From Narcine bancroftii (lineage: Eukaryota): a stretch of DNA of 64,000 bases. Position 1 is the first letter of the stretch. Every line of letters begins with the position of its first letter. Below the pieces are notes generated by a model, which was not told the DNA's origin, did not search any database, and was given only the letters and a program-made list of their open reading frames with translations. A program made the position numbers and the translations under genes. Shown in pieces: positions 1 to 12,000 of the stretch. Location of the stretch: NCBI RefSeq assembly GCF_036971445.1, contig NC_091473.1, positions 255,068,001-255,132,000 of the forward strand, given 5' to 3'.

Positions 1-67
1 TAATAGTTCGGCACAGACTAGAAAGGCCAAAGGGCTTGTTTCTGTGCTATAATGTTCTATGGTTCTA
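1..67 (+). mobile_element. CR1 LINE 3' tail
   Basis: ggcacagactagaaaggccaaagggcttgtttctgtgctataatgttctatggttcta, the typical CR1 3' end seen many times in this window. Confidence 0.75.
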
Positions 68-869
68 ATAAACTCTCATTTCAATTCCCTCCCGTCAGTG
101 GCCAAAGAGCTACTCCTTCAATTGCAGTTTGAATTCCATCACGGGGCACCGATGACATGGTTTTCACAGTGTGACAATTCTATGTGCGCGCGAGAGAGAG
201 AGAGAGCCTGGCAGCCGCACCGACCATCCTGCATAGACTTCTATCAACTCACTACAGCCTTTCAGTTAAACATCCAGGAGGATCTGTGGCCTCCTCAAAC
301 TGGGCTCAATTGATGTTGCAGTGGGGTCCAGTGAACTGGCCCTGAGGAGATGTTCAGATGGCAACTGGTAGTTGTGCCTTGTAAGGAAGCACCTGTGGTA
401 ATGCTTGTGAGTGAAAGGGAGAAGCAAGTGACCACAAGTAAGGCTCTTGTGTCATTTGCTGAAAGTACCTTGTTGTTAATTAATGTCAATTTCAATGAAA
501 ATCTTTGAATTTGGGGGAAATTGATTCATTTTTTACAATTGCTTTAAACTCACACTCTTGGTTTCTCTCTGCTGCTTTGATAAGAAAGATGATACACGAT
601 TTTGCGAGAAGTAAATCACTCTTCCCCCATGGGTACAAGTGCTGCCTTTAGGTAGTGTCATGGTGCGAGGTGCCCGTGAGGAGGGTTGGAGCGTCAGTGA
701 GCTGAGCTGCACAATGGGAAAATGTTCTCTGAAACACAAGTGAATGACTCAACCAAATCAACAGCCACAAAAGGGAAAGTGGCTGATGTGGATTGAAGAC
801 GTAACAGCTTCTGAACAGATTGCGAACCGGCAAGATTTGTCATCCTGTTATGGCGCGCACCCTCCACCC

Positions 870-1450
870 CATCCTGCCAATGTCCCCTGCCTGGCCACAG
901 AATCAACCAGGAGTGAGGTCTTAAGAGGGCTTGCAAAACCATTGAGGACCCCTTCCATCCCACAAACAGCATCTTTCCTGTCGGGAGAGAGATGCAGGAG
1001 TATTAGAGCCAGAGGTTAAATCACAGAGATGCTGGAGGAACTCAGTCAGCCAACAGTGTGCATAGGAGGCAAAGATTTCCAGTGTCACAGACATTCTGGC
1101 CCTGAGCCCTTCTTCAAGGTCTGAGAAAAAGAAGGTAAGCACCTGAATAAAAGAAAAGGCAGAGGAAGGAGTGCAGCCCAACGGACAGGTGATAATGGTC
1201 AGGGCCAGCACCACCAGGCCGAGGAATAGCTTTTTCCCATGGACAGGGAGAACGACCAAAGGAACGCCCACACTAACCATCATACTTATATTTATTTCTT
1301 TTTATATATGTTTATACGTATTGTACATCTATCCTTTGTCTGTGTGTGTGTTATGTCCATGGGTCTGCGTGTTTTTGTGCCAAGGAGCAGAGAATGCTGT
1401 TTTGTCAGGCTGTACTTGTGCAATCAGATGACAGTATACTTGACCTTGAC
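870..1450 (+). mobile_element. Rex1/Babar-like LINE 3' fragment interrupted by a Penelope-like piece (about 1013-1200)
   Basis: Collinear with the uninterrupted copy at 14165-14460; insert flanked by agagccag (1005-1012) and agggccag (1201-1208). Confidence 0.7.
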
Positions 1451-1522
1451 CACAGATGGTGATGGGTACATGGAAGGAGCTGCCAGAGGAAGTGGTGAAG
1501 GTGGGTATAATTCTGACATTTG

Positions 1523-2070
1523 AATGTACAGCTCAGCTAGCAGATCTTCTCACCGACAACTTTAACACCTCCCCGAGAAGCGCCATGGTCCCATCGTGCT
1601 TCAAAGCCACCACCATTGTCCCCGTGTTGAAGTTGACTGTGTCCTGCCTTAATGACGACCGCCCTGTCGCACTCACGTCCATCACGAAGTACTTCGAGAG
1701 GCTCGTCATGGGGCACATCAAGCTCTTGCTGCGCCCTTCACTAGACCCCACTGCAGTTCGCATACAGACTCAACTGCTCTATGCGTCCTCCATCTAGCCC
1801 TCACCCATCTGGAGAGCAAGGACTCGTATGTTCGAATGCTGTTTATTAACTTCAGCTCAGCATTCAACATGATCGTACCTTAGTACCTGATAAAAAAGTT
1901 GAACCTGCTGGGTCTAAACACCTCCCTCTGCAACTGGATTCTTGACTTCCTGTCAGGGAGACCTTGGGGAGTCCAGATCTGTCGGTTACAGCACCTCCAA
2001 GATCATCCCACTGAGCATGGGGACCCCCCAGGGCCATGTGCTTAGTCCACTGCTGTTTAACCATATAAAC
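1523..2070 (+). mobile_element. Rex1/Babar LINE reverse transcriptase fragment (degenerate)
   Basis: [34 protein letters not shown]; further DNA matching the RMLFI.FSSAFN and GTPQG motifs. Confidence 0.85.
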
Positions 2071-2075
2071 CATAT

Positions 2076-2367
2076 TGTCGCGTATAGGCTATGATGAGTG
2101 TGGAAGGAAGAGACATGCACGAGGAGTCGAAAACTATTTTATTGCACTGGCACCTCTGCTTATATGGGCCCCTGGTGCTGACGTCAGGGCTCCATGTCAT
2201 CGGAGCGCCGACCTTGGGTTGGCCAGCTTTCTGCCAGAGTTCCCCATCTTCCCACCCTGCAGAGGTCACCTGGGATGATGGCCAGTGTCACCCCCTGATC
2301 CCTGCGGTCGCCGCGTTCGTCAGTCATTTTGTGGGCTGGTTTGTGTCTCAGTGCGTGGGCCTCTACA
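2076..2367 (-). mobile_element. Short solo LTR
   Basis: TG...CA termini with 4-bp TSD atat (2072-2075 / 2368-2371); AATAAA on the minus strand. Confidence 0.6.
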
Positions 2368-2378
2368 ATATATCCACA

Positions 2379-3415
2379 TAACAATTACAGCACAGAAACA
2401 GGCCAACTTGGCCCTTCTAGTCCATGCTGAACACATTTCCCACCTCACCCCACTGATCTACACTCATCCCGTAACCCCCCTCTTCATTCCTTTCCCGTCC
2501 ATATACATATTCAATTTCTCCTTAAATGCTAATATCGAGCCTGCCTCCACTACTTCGTCTGGAAGCTCGTTCCACACGCCCACCACTCTCTGAGTGAAGA
2601 AGTCCCCCCTCATGTTTCCTCTAAATTTTTGCCCCCCCAACTCTCAGCTCATGTCATCTCGTTTGTATCTTCCCCTTCCTTAAAGGAAAAAAGCCTCTCC
2701 ATGTCAACTCTATCTATACCTTTAATAATTTTAAATAGCTCAATGAAATCCCCTCTCAACATTTTACGTTACAACGACCTAACTTATTTAACCTTTCCCT
2801 ATAACTTGGACACTATAACCCCAGTAAATATCTGCACTCTCTCCAAATTGTTGATATCATTCCTATACTTTGGTGACCAAAACTACACACAAAACTCCAA
2901 ATTTGGCCTCACCAATGCCATGTACAATTTTAACACAACATCCCAGCTCCTATACTCAATGCTCTGATTTATAAAGGCCAACATACCAGAAGCTTTCTTC
3001 ATCACCCTATCCACCTTCAAGGAACTATGTCCCATTATTTCTAGATCCCTCTGTCCTTCTGAAATCTCCAACGCCCGACCATTCACTATCTATGTCCTAT
3101 TTTGATTAGCCCTACCCAAAATGTAGCACCTCAAACTGATCTGCATTAAACTCAATCTGCCATCTCTCAGTCCATCCTTCCAACTGGCCTAAATCCCTTC
3201 TTAAAAAAAAAGAACACCTATCTCCGTATCATCCGCATATATACTAATCCAATTTCACACCCCATCATCCAGATCATTAATGTATATGACAAATAGTAAT
3301 GGACCCAATACTGATCCCTAAGGCTCACTACTCATCACTGGCTTCCAATCTGACAAACAGTTATCGACAACTAACATATGTTGAATCCATTTTACTACCT
3401 TAATGTAAACACCTA
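2379..3415 (-). mobile_element. CR1 LINE 3' portion
   Basis: ORF2 peptide GMLAFINQSIEYRSWDVVLKLYMALVRPNLEFCV plus CR1 tail. Confidence 0.9.
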
Positions 3416-3504
3416 ATGATTGAACCTTCTGAACTCAACCTGAAACCCTCCATTCCTTTCCCATCCAGGGAATCTTATCTAAAGTCCATATATGCAACAT
3501 CCAC

Positions 3505-4200
3505 TCCCTTACCCTCATCAACCCACGATTGTGCAGCCAAACACAGCTTGAACCACATCATCAACTTCGCTGACGACATGACCGTGGTGGGTCTGATCAG
3601 TAAGGATGAGGAGTCAGCGGACAGAGATGAGGTGCAGTCACTAACGGACTGGGGCAGAGCCAACAACTTGTATCTGAACGTTGAAAAAACAAAAGAGATG
3701 ATTGTCTCCCACCCTCCATCCTCTCTACATTCCACAGAGGATGTATCGAGAGCATCCTGTGCAACTGCATCACTACCTGGTTTGGAAGCTGTACCACCTC
3801 AGACCGCAAGACCCTGCAGAGGATAGTGAAGTCAGCGGAAAAGATCAGTGGAGGCTCTCTTCCCACCATGAAGGACGTCTACAACACTCGATGCAGGGAA
3901 AGGCAATAAACATTGTGAATGACTCCACACACCCCTCATGTAAACTGTCCTCCCTTTTGCCATCTGGTAGGAGGCACTGTAGCACTTGAGCTCTTATGTT
4001 CAGAGTGGGAAACAGCTTTTCCCCCAGGCTCCATAACTCCCAGTATAGATGTTCATAGTGTGCCTCAATACCTTAATATTTTAATGTGTTAACTGCTTTC
4101 CTAGCTTATATCTATATAATGATGCTCCATAGTCCTGGAGAAATTCTATCTCGCCTTTACCATTTGAGCATGGGATGAACGGTAAATAAAATTGACGACT
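3505..4200 (+). mobile_element. Rex1/Babar LINE 3' portion
   Basis: THDCAAKHSLNHIINFADDMTVVGLI...NNLYLNVEKTKEMIV. Confidence 0.88.
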
Positions 4201-4204
4201 TGGC

Positions 4205-4350
4205 ATTTGGATAGTTCATGGATAGAGATGGTTCAGAGCAATATGGGACAAAGCCCAGGCAAATGGGACTGGCTCAGATAGACAACCTAGTCACATGGTC
4301 AAGCTGGGCTGAAGGGCCGGTTTGCATGCAGTAAAACTCTATTACTCTGT
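4205..4350 (+). mobile_element. CR1 3' tail fragment
   Basis: ttggatagttcatggatag...ggcaaatgggact...gggctgaagggcc. Confidence 0.65.
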
Positions 4351-4689
4351 CAGACCCATAAAAGTACCCGTACTGGTTGGCAAGGTAGGTAAAAATCATA
4401 TATGCTGTTCTGTGTTGGCAGAGGCACAGAATATAGAGAGGGAGTGACTGGGAGGTAGACTGTGCTCACGGGGACACCGATGGAGGGCTGCATCCTGGCC
4501 TGCCCTACATTATTACAAAGATGTGGCTGCACTGGAGAGGGTACAGAGACTCGATGAGAAGGTTGACAGGGAGGTGGTTCCAAAAAAAAACTGGACACAA
4601 CAAGGGTTTCTGGTTGACAGGGTGGATTTCAACTGCGTCAAGTTGGATTCTGTGGAACAGAGGAGGCTGGAGAGGTATATTTAGGTAGA

Positions 4690-5010
4690 TGCAAGGGCTG
4701 AGATCATTGGGGGATCAGAGGTGGAGAGGGTGAGAAAATTTAAATTCTTGGGAGTCACTATTTGAGAGGATCTTTCCTGGACCTGACTCACCAATAGCAT
4801 TGTGAAGAAAGCACGTCAACACCTCCACTTACTAGGAGTTTGCGGAGATTTGATATGACACCAGAAACCTTTGTTTACATGTTTACACTGTGCACAGGTT
4901 TTTTTTTGCATTACCAACGAGTGGTAATTCTGCCTCACCCACAGGATAAAGAACCTCAGGATTGTATGTGATGTCATGCACGTACTCTGAATATACCTGA
5001 AATCTGTATC
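4690..5010 (+). mobile_element. Rex1-like LINE fragment
   Basis: gtggagagggtgagaaaatttaaattcttgggagtcac...gcacgtcaacacctccactt (VERV..FKFLG / ARQ.L.F region). Confidence 0.65.
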
Positions 5011-5174
5011 TGAGATAGTTAGACATCCATTAGCAGAGAGGTTAGCGCAAGGGGGCATAGAAGGCTTCTCATCTGAAGAGTGGGGGAGAGACTAGATTCA
5101 TAGAACCCATAAAACTCACTCCTGAGAGGGATGGGACAGGCAGGAATTCTTTTCACATTTAAACAATATTTCAA

Positions 5175-5395
5175 TGGGGCGGCACGGTTGGTGTAACGGC
5201 TAGCACAACGCCTTTACAGCGCAGTGATCGGGACCGGGGTTCGAATTCAGCGCTGTCTGTAAGGGGTTTGTACATTCTCCCTGTGTCTGTGAGCATTTTC
5301 CTCTGAGGGCTCCGGTTTCCGAAATGTACTGGGGGTTGTAGGTCAGTTGGGTGTAATTTGGTTCATGGGCCTGTTACCATGCTGTATGTCTAAAG
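5175..5395 (+). mobile_element. tRNA-derived V-SINE (HE1-like)
   Basis: tRNA-like head with B-box ggttcgaatt, V-domain core gtttgtacattctccctgtgtctg, CR1-like tail. Confidence 0.8.
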
Positions 5396-5704
5396 AAAAA
5401 AATGGGTCCTGAACAGCAGATCAACATAGTTACAGAGGGTTGAGACCGGGGAGAGAGTCACGTTGGGTTAAATCTTTCTACATTTCTGTGGTTCTACTAA
5501 AGTGGAGATCTGGTCCTGGCTGGTCGTGGGATCACACTGTGCAGACAAGCGGTTGTTGCATTTTCCACTTTAACTGTCAAAGGTGCATTGTTGGTTCCTA
5601 GAGATTTGAGATGTTCTGAGAGCACGAGATCACTCTTAGTAGTCTTATCAGCTTTTAATTCTTTCAAACTTCCACCGAAACAGATCAGAAAGGAGGAGCT
5701 TGAA

Positions 5705-5967
5705 AGACCATAAGACATAGGAACATATATAGGCCATTCAGCCCATTGAGTCTGCCTCACCCTTCAAACATGAGCTGATCCATTTCCCCACTCAGTCCCA
5801 CTGCCCGGCTTTCTCCCCATAGCCTTTGATGCCCTGGCTAATCAAGAACCATTCAATCTCTGCCTCAAATGTACCCAATGACCCGGCCTCCACAGATTCA
5901 CTGCCCTCCGGCTGAAGAAATTCCTCTGCATCTCTGTTCTAAGCGACATCCTTCAATCCTGAAGTGT
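5705..5967 (-). mobile_element. CR1 3' end
   Basis: accataagacataggaac...aggccattcagccc, reverse of the CR1 tail; similar to 25303-25600. Confidence 0.8.
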
Positions 5968-5992
5968 TTGGAATCATCAGAGTGAATTCGGA

Positions 5993-6111
5993 GCACTGGA
6001 AGGCCCGGCGCACTGGAAGGCCCGGCGCACTGGAAGGCCCAGAGCACTGGAAGGGCCGGAGCACTGGAAGGGCCGGCGCACTGGAAGGGTTGGAGCACTG
6101 GAAGGGTCGGG
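5993..6111. repeat. 17-bp minisatellite, 7 copies
   Basis: Unit gcactggaaggcccggc with variant ends. Confidence 0.92.
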
Positions 6112-6917
6112 ATTCAGACGACACAAGCATAAGATGATTGGTTAGAGAACCAGGTATCCCTTTCAGTCAGTAATGTTTCACAGAGTAACAGGTCGTGAAA
6201 CCAGACACGATTATGAGTAGTTGGGAGAAAATTGTCAGATGATGCAAAGATTGCTGGGAATGGGATAATTGTAGGTGGCCTGCACAGCCCAATGGGCAGA
6301 ATGGCCTCATTATGTGCAGTTAATGATCATTATAACTCTGTCAGAAGGCAACGGCTGGATCAACAAAGATTTGAAGAATATTATGTTTATTGAAACAGTG
6401 CAATCAGGTATGTTACAATTCTGAATCACACACTACATGAAACTTGAGGTAAGTAGTGTGTCAACACATAAAAAAACATGAATAGCCAAACTTTGACACT
6501 TTAAAGCCATTGGTGAACTCCAAATTGCAGCAATTATTTATAATTTAATATAATGCATTTTGGGATGCCCTTTAACTTTCACAAGTTTGTGAAAATTTGT
6601 ACTTCACGTTGATTTATATGCCATAAGGTACGCTTGTTCAAATTTACATAGATTGCATTCTCAGCATGACGGATTCATTTTTACCCAGCCTTCCCTCTGC
6701 TGAGGCACACTCCCTCTCTGTCACACACATCAGATAAAAATGTGTACAAGACTGATAAAGTTTTGTCTCAGATGCATTGAATAACCAGCAAAAGATTTTG
6801 GACTTCATCTTTTAAAGGCTAATGCATCATCTACTGAAATGTTCAAATGGGAGGATCTTGTCAAGAGTCTAAGACAAAATGTAAAGATCTAGTACGCAAG
6901 AGTTTAATACTTCAAAC

Positions 6918-7521
6918 CAGCCATTTTCAATGGGGGCGATACATCCACCTTGGGGCCATACATCTCCCCTTGGGGCCATACATCCCCCCTGAGGGCCACA
7001 GCACATTGAACAGGGGCCACAGACCAAAGTCAGAAAATAGTTTAATGTTTTTTCTGTCATTGGATGAATTAAATTTTAAATTATTAAATTAAATTTATAT
7101 TTTAAATTTAGACGTACAGCACGGTAACAGGCCATTCCAGCTCACGAGTCCATGCCACCCAATAACACCCCATTAACCTGCGCCCCAGGTACGTTTCTGA
7201 GGGTGGGAGGAAACTGGAGCCACCAGATAAAACCCACGCAGACACGGGGAGAACGTACAAACTCCTTACAGACAGCGCGGGACTCAAGCCCTGGTCCCGA
7301 TCGCTGGTGCTGTGAAGGTGTGGTACGCTCACCGCTACACCGACCCTGCCGCCGTGCTGAAGTAAGGAGGAAACCAACTAAGTGGGTGTATTTGGGTGGA
7401 ATGGGCTCATGCTGATTGTCTACATTTAAAATAAATTAATAAATTGAAAATTGAACCTGTGACGGGGACCCATAAACTTTGAGCAGTCGTAAGGGGGCAA
7501 AAAAATGGGCAAGAATGGCTG
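6918..7521. mobile_element. Non-autonomous hAT MITE containing a nested V-SINE
   Basis: TIR cagccatt.../...aatggctg with perfect 8-bp TSD cttcaaac (6910-6917 / 7522-7529). Confidence 0.85.
7107..7352 (-). mobile_element. V-SINE (HE1-like)
   Basis: Reverse complement of the SINE head, V-core and tail. Confidence 0.82.
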
Positions 7522-8107
7522 CTTCAAACTAATCTAAACTGTAGCTCCCCATATTCTGCAAGCGTTATCTACTAGAGACAGTTAGCATAAAGTACACACA
7601 AGTGCACACAAACAGTATTCATTACAAATCAATAAATAGTTGGATTGAATCTGGCTGAGCCCATGGTAGTGAATGTCCGTGAGCTGGGTGTTAAAGATTT
7701 ACTGATACAGTAATGGATGCGCATATGAAAATACATTCAAATTAAAGTATTTAAAACTCCATATTTCACTCTCATAAATAATAAAAAATTTGCAAGTTAA
7801 AGTATTTCAGTTTTGTATCAAAATATACAGATTACTAGCAGTGAAGAATATGGAGCAAATAATATGAACGAGTGATGGTATTTCTTCTTTCTGAAATACA
7901 CTATTTGTCAAAATTATACTTGCTGATCTAACAAAAAAATTAAAAACACTATTATTTACAATTTCATTCTATTGTAAAATAAAACCGGAATGAAATTCAT
8001 TCAGATGTGATTTACATTTAGTTTTTGGCAGTTTCAGGACTAATTGCACAGGGTGGGACACAGAAAGGATCCTTTATGAGTTACTCTGGCTGATGGATTT
8101 AGAGCAA

Positions 8108-8335
8108 GTAAAAACTCAAAGCTGGGGAAACTCACCAGGCCAAACAGTGTCCTTTATGTAGCAAAGATAAAAATGCAGAACTGATGTTTCGGGCTTGAGC
8201 CCTTCACCGAGGTACGAGCAAAATGTAGCCAGGAGCCCAAACTCAAATCCAAAACGTTGGTTCTGCATCATTATCTTTCCTCTATAAAGGACACTCTTTG
8301 ACCTGCTGGGTTTCTCCAGCTTTGTCTTTTTCTTT
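8108..8335. mobile_element. Palindromic Penelope-like-derived element
   Basis: Arm gctggggaaactcaccaggccaaacagtgtcctttatgtag is inverted against ctataaaggacactctttgacctgctgggtttctccagc. Confidence 0.7.
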
Positions 8336-8524
8336 TTAACTTAGAACATGGGGATCTTCCAGTGAATTTACTGGGGGCAGCAGGTAACATTGGGGAGAGG
8401 CATGAGTCAGAGGGACACTTCCACAAAATTCGACCTGCTGGCTACAGGACTGATCGGCACTGCTTGCCCTGCCATCTCTCATGGCTTCCTGCTTGTTTCC
8501 ATCTTTTATTATTTTGCTCAAAGG

Positions 8525-8850
8525 CAGCCATTTTCAATGGGGTCCTCCATTCTCCCCTCCTTCCTCAGGACAGAGGGATTGATTTAACCTCCTTCCCTCC
8601 CTCCCCAGGACAGGGGAACTGATTTAACTCCCCCCACACCCCTCCCCAGGACAGGAGGACTGATTCCCCTCCCTCCCAGCATTTAAATAAAAACCTTGTT
8701 TTCTTTTCACTCACCTACCACAAATATTTTTTTATGTTTTTGTGTGTATTTGGTAAGAAAATTTGACTGTTTCACAAGGAAGGGGCCCCATTAAACATTG
8801 ACCAGAGTCCGGGGGGGTTTGGTGCTGAAAAGAAAGGTTGCAAATGGCTA
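8525..8850. mobile_element. hAT MITE of the same terminal family as 6918-7521, downstream of the cytokine stop codon
   Basis: cagccattttcaa ... ttgcaaatggcta termini; imperfect flanks ctcaaagg / ctctaaag. Confidence 0.7.
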
Positions 8851-8904
8851 CTCTAAAGGGTGGAGAAAGGTGAGGAGTGGCAGTAGTACTGAAACTGCCA
8901 AGCC

Positions 8905-8916
8905 TAAATATAAATA
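8905..8916 (-). promoter_or_regulatory. AU-rich elements (two ATTTA) in the proximal 3' UTR
   Basis: Plus-strand taaatataaat reads ATTTATATTTA on the mRNA, about 55 nt after the stop; typical of cytokine mRNAs. Confidence 0.5.
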
Positions 8917-8971
8917 CTGTATGGCTTAATCCAGGAAGTGTTGGGACTCCTTCTGCCAGCTCGGCTGCTTC

Positions 8972-9061
8972 TCAATTTCTTCTCATGTTTATGTATTTCC
9001 AAACCCAGTCAACGAAGACGTTGAGCTCTCCCATGGCTTTATACACACCTCTCACCTGTAA
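8972..9061 (-). CDS. il10: IL-10-like exon 5 coding part (LQVRGVYKAMGELNVFVDWVWKYINMRRN*)
   Basis: Acceptor cttccatcag; IL-10 family signature G.YKAMGEL..F; TGA at 8972-8974. Confidence 0.95.
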   Translation of the reverse strand, partial: LQVRGVYKAMGELNVFVDWVWKYINMRRN

Positions 9062-12000
9062 CTGATGGAAGACAGGAAGACAGTGAGGATTGAGGGCTCA
9101 GGAACACATGCAGGGTTGTTGGAAAGTCAGCTCCCTGGTTAATTAAGAACAGAATTGCTCTCTTACCTGCTTGAATATCCTTTGAATTTTTTGGAAATGC
9201 GGACTTGGTTTGCAGCTGCAAAGATCACAATTGAAGAACATGCGCTGAAAGGCAAGATTTCTCACTTTACAAAATGGTTTAATCCTGTGTCATTTTGAAA
9301 TTAGACACATTCTGATACCAATGTAAAAATATTGTTTTGAGTCTAATGTTGTGAAAATATTAACAGGAGTAAGAACGGGTTTGGAAGACATAGTGGAAAA
9401 GATCAAAGTGCAGAGAAAGATCCTGAATTGTATCTTGCGTAAAAACAACATCGTGATTCATTTTAATCCATTCGAATGTTACCATATCACAAGAAAAATG
9501 TGCAAACGTAAAGGTTGCAGATGCTGCCTCCGGCAACAGTCTGCATTCTAGGCATTATATATTCCACCATTCAATTAAAAAAGTGAAATTGTGATGACTA
9601 CTTGACCTTAAGCAGGACTCAAAAGTGCCTCAGTACCGATTCAAGCCTCTGTCGATTACAAGGTGTGACAGAACCCTAACTCTCTGTCTTGATCTGGAGC
9701 TTGCTCAGGCCCTGACTTGGTGTTCACCAGAATAACGCTGCCCGCACCATGATCGCCGAGTGAATGCCCGTGCAGCCATGGCCGCAGATTAAAGGATGCT
9801 GTGCAGCAGTGGGATTGAGCCCGGCAGCTTGGGTGTGGTTATGGTCTGAAAGTGTGGGAAGAATCTCATCAATACAAACCCAGGAAGGGACAAGACCGTT
9901 TATTTTCAAAGTGGGAATCTGGAGAAGTGACCTTTTATTTGGCAAATCACTCAGTGAAGAATAAAGAAGTGAAGTTTTGAACTCAGAGGTTAACTTGTGC
10001 GACTATTTAAATGCCCAGTCTGGGGCTGAACTTATTCTTCAATATTATTGCAATCAGTTGCTCTGCTTTGATGGGATGAATTGGTTGCAAAAACAATTAG
10101 GTCAGCAGTTCTTTTTCTGTTTGCAGCTGGTGCTGTCCCGCTGAAAATTTGCATCCTTCGCTCTTGCTCAGGCTGATGCAGATACGCTGTAGTTGGCTGA
10201 TTATCTGCTTAACGGTTTTTGCAGTAACAATGATGAAATGTTCATTTCATGCCTGCCCTTGTTTCATTTTGAATTCAGCTGCTTATATTAACAGAGCGTG
10301 GTATCAGAGGTGAATGAATCACTTCACTTTTGCATGCAGAGAACCAGAAGCCCTTCTTGTTTCGGCTCAGGACTCCAAGATCTGCTGCCAATTGGACACA
10401 AGGTATGTCGATTCGCTGGCTTCGGAGGAGTTGGCAAACCAGCTTCAACAGGGTGCTGTTGTAAATCTGCACAGTAAAATGATGTTTCTGGAGGTTCACC
10501 TTAACCATCAGAAGCCGACTCCAGAAACGCGAAGCAACACAGAAAGAGGACTAGAACCTGCCAGCTCTCAGGGACCAGCCTCATCACTCCCATATCCCAT
10601 CTCTGCAGAACTAGGAACAGCAGTTCGCTCCCCTGCCCCACAAGATCATGGCTGACCTGGCTGTGGCCTCACCTTCCTCATAACCTTTCATCCCTCTATC
10701 CTTCAAAAGTCGACCTTAAGTACAGATAATGGGGCAGCCTCCACTGCTTCCTTGCGGAGAGAATTTCCTTATGTTCTTGCAACTTACTCTCCACCACACA
10801 AGCCTGTCTGCTGCCCTTTCACATTTTTTTTTGCCACAAGCAACAATATTCAGCAGCTTAAATGAACCTTTTGGTGCATGAGAGAGAATTGTAGCACCGG
10901 GGTAAACCCATGGGGAGAATGCGCAAACTCCACACAGACAGCTGAGGATCAAACCTGAGTCACTGGAGCTGCAAGTCAGTGGTTCAACCTGCTGCATCAC
11001 TATGCCACCCCAAGCAAGCTGTCATGTCAGTGACCATTCTGAGCCTGACCACCCTGGTGGGATGCCGGTGGTCTGGAAAGAGGTCAGCACAATGGGCTAA
11101 GAGCTGTGAAGAATGGTTGAAAGAATTGAACCAACTGAGTCCGGACGGAGGGTTGCAAGAAGGGACTGCTTGCTGTTCCCCAATTAGCACCATCTCCAAG
11201 AAGTTCTGCCAAATGCTCTCAGTGACGTTCTGATGCGTTAGTGGGTCACTGGGCTTCAATAAACCTCATGAGGGGAACATGAAGGAGAAATCACATTGAA
11301 ACCTACCGAAGTAGAGTGGATATAGAGAAGAGGTTTCTAGCAGTGGGAGAGTCTGGTACCTGGGAGAGGACACAGCCTCAGAATAAAGAACAGAGATGAC
11401 AAGAAGGTTCTTCAGCCAGCGGGTGGTGAATCTGTAGAATACTTTGGCACAGATGGCTGTAGAGTCCAAGACATTTGGATACATTTTAAAGTAGAGGGTG
11501 ATAGGTCCTGATTAGTGAGGGTGTCAAAGGTTATGAGGGAAAGCAGGAGAACGGAGTTGAGAAGAAATGTACATCAGCTGCGATTGAATGGCAGAGCAGA
11601 CTTGATGGGCTGAATGGCCTCATTCTGCTCCTACATTTTATGGTCTAAACAGGAAAGAGAGTGACTGGACTATCTTCTGGGACAAACTAGGTAAAATATC
11701 TTGTTACGGTGGGGTTGGTACACCACTGTGCCAGGCTGGGGCAAGTGTTGCAGTCATTTTACCAAAGTCACTCGGTTTACATTCCATGGTGAAACTGAAA
11801 CCCCAGCCCACGTTTGGGTCCGTGGAAACAATTCGAGGGTAAAAGTAACTCAATCACTGCTGTTTCTCATGAGCAGATGTGCATTGTGCATTTGTATTGA
11901 GAACTTTTCACCAACTCACCATCCAAATTCTGTTCAGCAACAAAGGTCACAAAAGTTCAGGATGAGGCTGAATATCCAAAAATAGTGAAGAATATTACTC

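Noticed and set aside
5175-5250. tRNA-like sequences here and in other copies
   Set aside because: They are SINE heads followed by a V-domain and LINE tail, not tRNA genes
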